A DNA stretch of 64,000 nt from Marsupella aquatica. Lineage: Eukaryota; Plantae; Marchantiophyta. The stretch covers positions 11,086,184 through 11,150,183 of the forward strand of contig OZ316895.1 in assembly GCA_973895155.1 (NCBI GenBank). The letters are read 5' to 3'. Shown piece by piece: positions 59,785 to 64,000 of this stretch. The notes under the pieces were generated by a model, which saw only the letters and a program-made list of their open reading frames with translations, made no database searches and was not told where the DNA came from. How positions within the stretch are numbered: the first letter of the stretch is position 1; every line of letters begins with the position of its first letter. The translations under genes were made by a program, and so were the position numbers.

Positions 59785-60923
59785 GACAGCTTCGTGTGGG
59801 CGAGGCCCGCCGGCTTTGCCCCATCGAGTTCTCCTCCCGGAGTTGTTCGTTCCTGATGCGCGCTGTGGCAGTACGGTAACGGGTAACGGCTCGCGATCCT
59901 GCCAAATAATAATAATGGTTCACAATCGTTTCTGATATCTCCTGGCCGAGGCCATTTAATCGTTCCGCGTTCACGATTTGGAAGACGATCTCGAGGATTC
60001 GAGTTGAATGGCGATGGATAATGGATTATTTATTTCGGAGTTTCCTCGATGGTGGTCTGCGGCTCGCCCGAGGAAAGCCTTCGAATCTGTGCCGTTTGGT
60101 GTATTCGTACTGACGATTCTAATCTCGACAGAACGTGCAAGTAGTACGCCTGCCTCGCCTTCGGGTGTGGAAGTTTATGCTGCGGAGGAATTTGATTTCT
60201 ACGCAAGTTTAGGAGGACATTTTCCACGGGTAGGCGATGTTCATCGCCAATCGTAGATCGCTGCTGCAGGGCTTTTGCGTTGTGAGAGAGCAACAGCACG
60301 CGGAGAATAGCGGATGTGGTGCGGACTGCGGAGTCCTGGGCATCATTCAAGGTCTTGTATTGGGATGGAGGTGCCTTGCATGTAGGGCCTGGTAGGAATG
60401 TCGTGCTCTGCCGGACTAATCCAAATTTAGTAGGCGTGGATGTGGATGTGGATGAGGATTCGGTTTTAACATAAACTGATTTGAAGCTTTACGTCGAAGG
60501 TGACACATCTGTAGGCCGGCCCTGAGATATGGCTAGAGGAATCTTCACGAGAACCATCAACAATTAACTGGATCTGGAGGAGTGATAAGGGAGTGATACT
60601 TCAGATCTCCAGCAAACGGGGTGGAAAAGTTTGTTTCAGAAATGCGATGGTGTACATTGTCAATTGGTCAATAGTTACTGGCCCCCATGTGAACTGGGAA
60701 TGTGTAGCTACCAGCCGGGCCTTGAATCTGTAGAGATGATCTAGAGTGGAACAATCCGGAAACCTCCGGGCTTATTTTTTGTTCTTGATTTGAGGTATCA
60801 AGGCAACATTATAACGCAGTGGCATCGTCTATTGACTTCCATCGTGATGTGAATCGCCGCCCGCAGGTAACGTGAGCTCCGAAAAATGTAAATTTTGCTC
60901 CCTTCCTAGGACTTCATGTGAAG

Positions 60924-62720
60924 ATGAAATTTCATGGCTTCACGCGTGGTGGAAGGAAACTCGAGGGTGCCAACCACAACCTTCGATGGGTAATATTTTT
61001 GCGGTTTTCCTTCCTGCTAGGACTGATCTGTTTTGCAAACCACGCCTTCTCAAATTTCGGGCGGAATTGGACGTACACCTCGCCGAACGAAAAACATGAG
61101 CATGACCACGGCCTCAGTAGCATGGTTCTCACCAGGCTCTCGCCTGATAAAGAGCTAATTGCTGCGATCAAGGAAGCCACGCGACTGGCCGCCGGAGGAA
61201 CCGAGCCTGCTCCTTTGACAGAAGAGGAGCGCAGGCAATGGGATCTCGCCAATCCGTGCAGGAGCCGCCTCGGTCTCAAATCGATATATGCCCGCAGGAA
61301 GTACGCTCCAGATGTGGACGATAATCTTAGATTGGACATAGTTCTACAAGAGTACGCCAAGCTTCATAGGACTTGTAGGCAGAGGGTGGGTAACCTCAAG
61401 GAGTACTTCCTAGCGAGGAATTCCAGCATACCCGGATGTAAGTTCGCAATAGCGGACTACTCTGAGGGGGGCGGGCTGGGCAACAAGATCCTGGCGGTGA
61501 CGAACACGGTGTTATACTCGATTCTTACACAGCGGATCGTCCTGGTTCCGGCCGCAACTCTCGTGCCGGCTCTAATGTGCGAGCCTTTTCCTGGCTCTTC
61601 GTGGGTGCTTGAGGCAGGCAATGGTGCCGATTCGAGCTTCCCAGTGCCGCCATTCGATGCCGCACACGTTGGGAAGTGGATGTATTTCGACGCGGTGTAC
61701 AAGGAGCTTGACGATGCGAGACTGAGCGAGGGGGAAAACTCTACACGACCCCCACCGTCCAGCATTTACTCTTCCTCGATGACGGTCTATCAATATCAGC
61801 CGGATAGCAGGTTTTTCTGCGACGCGGAGCAAGAGAGCTTCACTGGTGTTACGTGGCTCTACTTCACGGGATGCATCTACATGATCCCAAGGTTTTTCGC
61901 CCTACCCTCATTACGGCCGACGTTGGAAGCTCTTTTCCCGGACAGACTAGTTCTCACGCATATGGTGAGGTCCATAATGCTGCCGGAGGATCTCGTGTGG
62001 GAGAGGACTCTGGAAAGCTATAAATCTAACTTGGAAATAGCCGATCGCCGCATCGGCGTGCAGGTTCGATACAGGCGGAATTTGGAAGAGTACATGACAA
62101 TGAATCCTATCATCAACGACAGACTGATGAAGTGCGCCGTTGACAACGGAGTCCTTCCACCTTTCCTCCAGACCAACGCAACGGATGCCGAGCTGAGTGG
62201 AGATGGACGAGTGGTGAAGCTGTTTATTGCGTCGCTTTTCACGGGATTTGCAGACATGTTGTCGGAGACATATCTACCTCATCCGAAATCGACTGGAGAG
62301 GTCGTTAGCGTGGTTCAGCTATCGAGTGAGGCCAAGCAGAAGTATGGATTAGATGTTGATAGACAGTCCTTGCTGGAGATCATGATGCTCAGCTTTTCGG
62401 ACGACATATTCGTTACTCCCCTCTCGACCTTTGGCGGGCTGGCACAAGCTTACGGTGCACTTGTACCATGGATTATCGACTTCAGATATGGCTACCAATT
62501 TGGACCGTGCAAGCGCGGGCAAACGGTGGACTTGTGCTATCAGGAGGCTCATTTCAGTTACTCGTGCCCTCACGATGTAGATGTTAATGGCAAAGTCATC
62601 TCCGAGGTCGTTCCATATATCAGGAATTGCCTCCAGGTCGATTCCCAACCAAACATACCACCTGGCTTCCAACTCATCACCGCTATTCCATCCAAGTCTG
62701 GGCAGCAGCCGGAAGCTTGA
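60924..62720 (+). CDS. FUT: GT37 xyloglucan-fucosyltransferase-family protein, type II membrane, intronless CDS (~598 aa)
   Basis: N-terminal TM (WVIFLRFSFLLGLICFA); GGLGNKIL..LYSILTQRIVLV, LMCEPFPGSSW, RIGVQVR, LSFSDDIFVTPLSTFGGLAQAYG. Confidence 0.9.
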   Translation: MKFHGFTRGGRKLEGANHNLRWVIFLRFSFLLGLICFANHAFSNFGRNWTYTSPNEKHEHDHGLSSMVLTRLSPDKELIAAIKEATRLAAGGTEPAPLTEEERRQWDLANPCRSRLGLKSIYARRKYAPDVDDNLRLDIVLQEYAKLHRTCRQRVGNLKEYFLARNSSIPGCKFAIADYSEGGGLGNKILAVTNTVLYSILTQRIVLVPAATLVPALMCEPFPGSSWVLEAGNGADSSFPVPPFDAAHVGKWMYFDAVYKELDDARLSEGENSTRPPPSSIYSSSMTVYQYQPDSRFFCDAEQESFTGVTWLYFTGCIYMIPRFFALPSLRPTLEALFPDRLVLTHMVRSIMLPEDLVWERTLESYKSNLEIADRRIGVQVRYRRNLEEYMTMNPIINDRLMKCAVDNGVLPPFLQTNATDAELSGDGRVVKLFIASLFTGFADMLSETYLPHPKSTGEVVSVVQLSSEAKQKYGLDVDRQSLLEIMMLSFSDDIFVTPLSTFGGLAQAYGALVPWIIDFRYGYQFGPCKRGQTVDLCYQEAHFSYSCPHDVDVNGKVISEVVPYIRNCLQVDSQPNIPPGFQLITAIPSKSGQQPEA

Positions 62721-63252
62721 GCTCTTCTCATTTTCCAACTCGAGAAAAGTGAAAGATTGCATTTGTTGAACAGCACGCTCGTATTCAGCGTGCTGTGGAG
62801 AGGGAGAGATTCACTAGAAAGATTGAACCCATAGCGAAAATGGAGCGTGTTATATTGTACCGTCGTTAGATCACGAACCATTGTAACATAGCTTAAACGG
62901 AGCTTGTGACGTTGTACCATCGTCAGATTTCGCGAAATGTGGTCACCAGAGAAAGACATACGGATCAATCATGATCAATGGTCACAAGAGAAAGGCAGAT
63001 CAATCTACGGTAGGAAAGACAATATACAACTCACAAACAATGTAATCACTAAATCCTATAGCGGATAATTCGCCTTGATAACCGGTGGAGTGGAGCCAGG
63101 ACAAACTGAGTAGTGGAGCTGATCCGAGTGTGATCTCCAAATGATGCTTTGGCACTTGGAAGTGTAGATCCAAATAACTTCCTATGAAAGGCTAAGTTAC
63201 TGTCAACACCCTCGCTCTAAGGGCTAAAGTGTTCCTAAGCAGATAGGAAAAG

Positions 63253-63714
63253 ATGGGGCACATAATGGCGCAGATGCAGATCAGAATGTCGTGGACCTGC
63301 TGGATATATACAGGTATGTGGCTGATGTTGTCAAGCTTGCGAAAGGTGGTTTCTTTAGTGGATCTAAAGCTGGAACATCTGCAACGGAGACTAGCTGAGA
63401 AGACAAGCCATGGGATAGATGTGGATGATGGTAAGCAAATGCTGAAACCCGTGACAGACAGCGTAGTGAATTGTTACATTCTCACAAAGTCGAGGAAGCA
63501 GATTGGGCCTTATGAGCTGATGTCCTATAGATGTATAAATAGAGCGTGGCAGGATGCGTTGAAAAATACAGAAGAGTGGACAGCCTTGGAATGGATGAAA
63601 CGTGAAGTATCGAGCAGAAAGTATAAGTCTCGTCAGGAACAGATTCAAAGGTATTGGTTCAATCTTCATGACTTACAAGAAGAGATCCAGAAAAATCCAT
63701 GGAGTAAAGTATAA
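63253..63714 (+). CDS. Small F-box-like ORF (start uncertain, possibly an exon or relic)
   Basis: PVTDSVVNCYILTK...LMSYRCINRAWQDAL...EW resembles a degenerate F-box motif. Confidence 0.4.
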   Translation: MGHIMAQMQIRMSWTCWIYTGMWLMLSSLRKVVSLVDLKLEHLQRRLAEKTSHGIDVDDGKQMLKPVTDSVVNCYILTKSRKQIGPYELMSYRCINRAWQDALKNTEEWTALEWMKREVSSRKYKSRQEQIQRYWFNLHDLQEEIQKNPWSKV

Positions 63715-64000
63715 ACCATTTCAGGATGGCAGCATTGCAGCAGAAATGTGTGGGTGTTCAGAGTGAGATAATACGGTCTTCATGAGATTAGAAAGATCCA
63801 GTACTCCAATGGCTGTTCGATGTCGTTCAAAATGTGGTCGGGACAAGGCCTTGGTAAGTACATCAGCAGGTTGCTGATCGGTTGGAATGTATTTTAGACT
63901 GATCTCCCCCTCAAGGACGCATTCCCGAAAAAAATGATGGTGAACTTCAATGTGCTTAGTGCGTGCATGAAAAATTGGATTACGGGCAAGCTTGATGGCG

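Noticed and set aside
59513-60350. Short ORFs upstream of the GT37 gene
   Set aside because: Include minisatellite and (ATT)n translations; no homology cues; more likely promoter or UTR

Overview
Land-plant genomic DNA, probably bryophyte-like (organism not determinable from the window). Two host genes flank a ~55-kb nested transposon island: the 3' four exons of a G6PD4/P0-like glucose-6-phosphate dehydrogenase (139-1457) and an intronless GT37 fucosyltransferase-family gene (60924-62720), followed by a small F-box-like ORF. Target-site duplications resolve the island. A decayed Bianca-type Copia (~6.6 kb when reassembled) hosts three insertions: a Tork-like Copia (4494-10089, minus); a ~4-kb solo-LTR-like unit (10322-29386) containing a second copy of itself (10363-25425), which holds a 298-bp MITE and an intact 10.7-kb DNA transposon (12700-23423); and a related minus-strand unit (30936-55236) holding another unit (32577-~53993), which holds a young full-length non-chromoviral Gypsy (36560-52821) with 4.5-kb LTRs and a 692-bp MITE in its 3' LTR. 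Two candidate novel systems stand out. (1) A Gypsy lineage whose giant LTRs each carry a long protein-coding gene (globular domain plus coiled coil), begin with a structurally conserved hairpin and nest in each other. (2) An apparently autonomous P-element-like DDE transposon (8-bp TSD, CCC termini, ~1540-aa spliced transposase with C2H2-like fingers and a BAH-like tail) with two MITE relatives sharing a subterminal ACGTGCGA motif ~35 bp from the ends. Family assignments rest on motif recognition by eye, not database searches.
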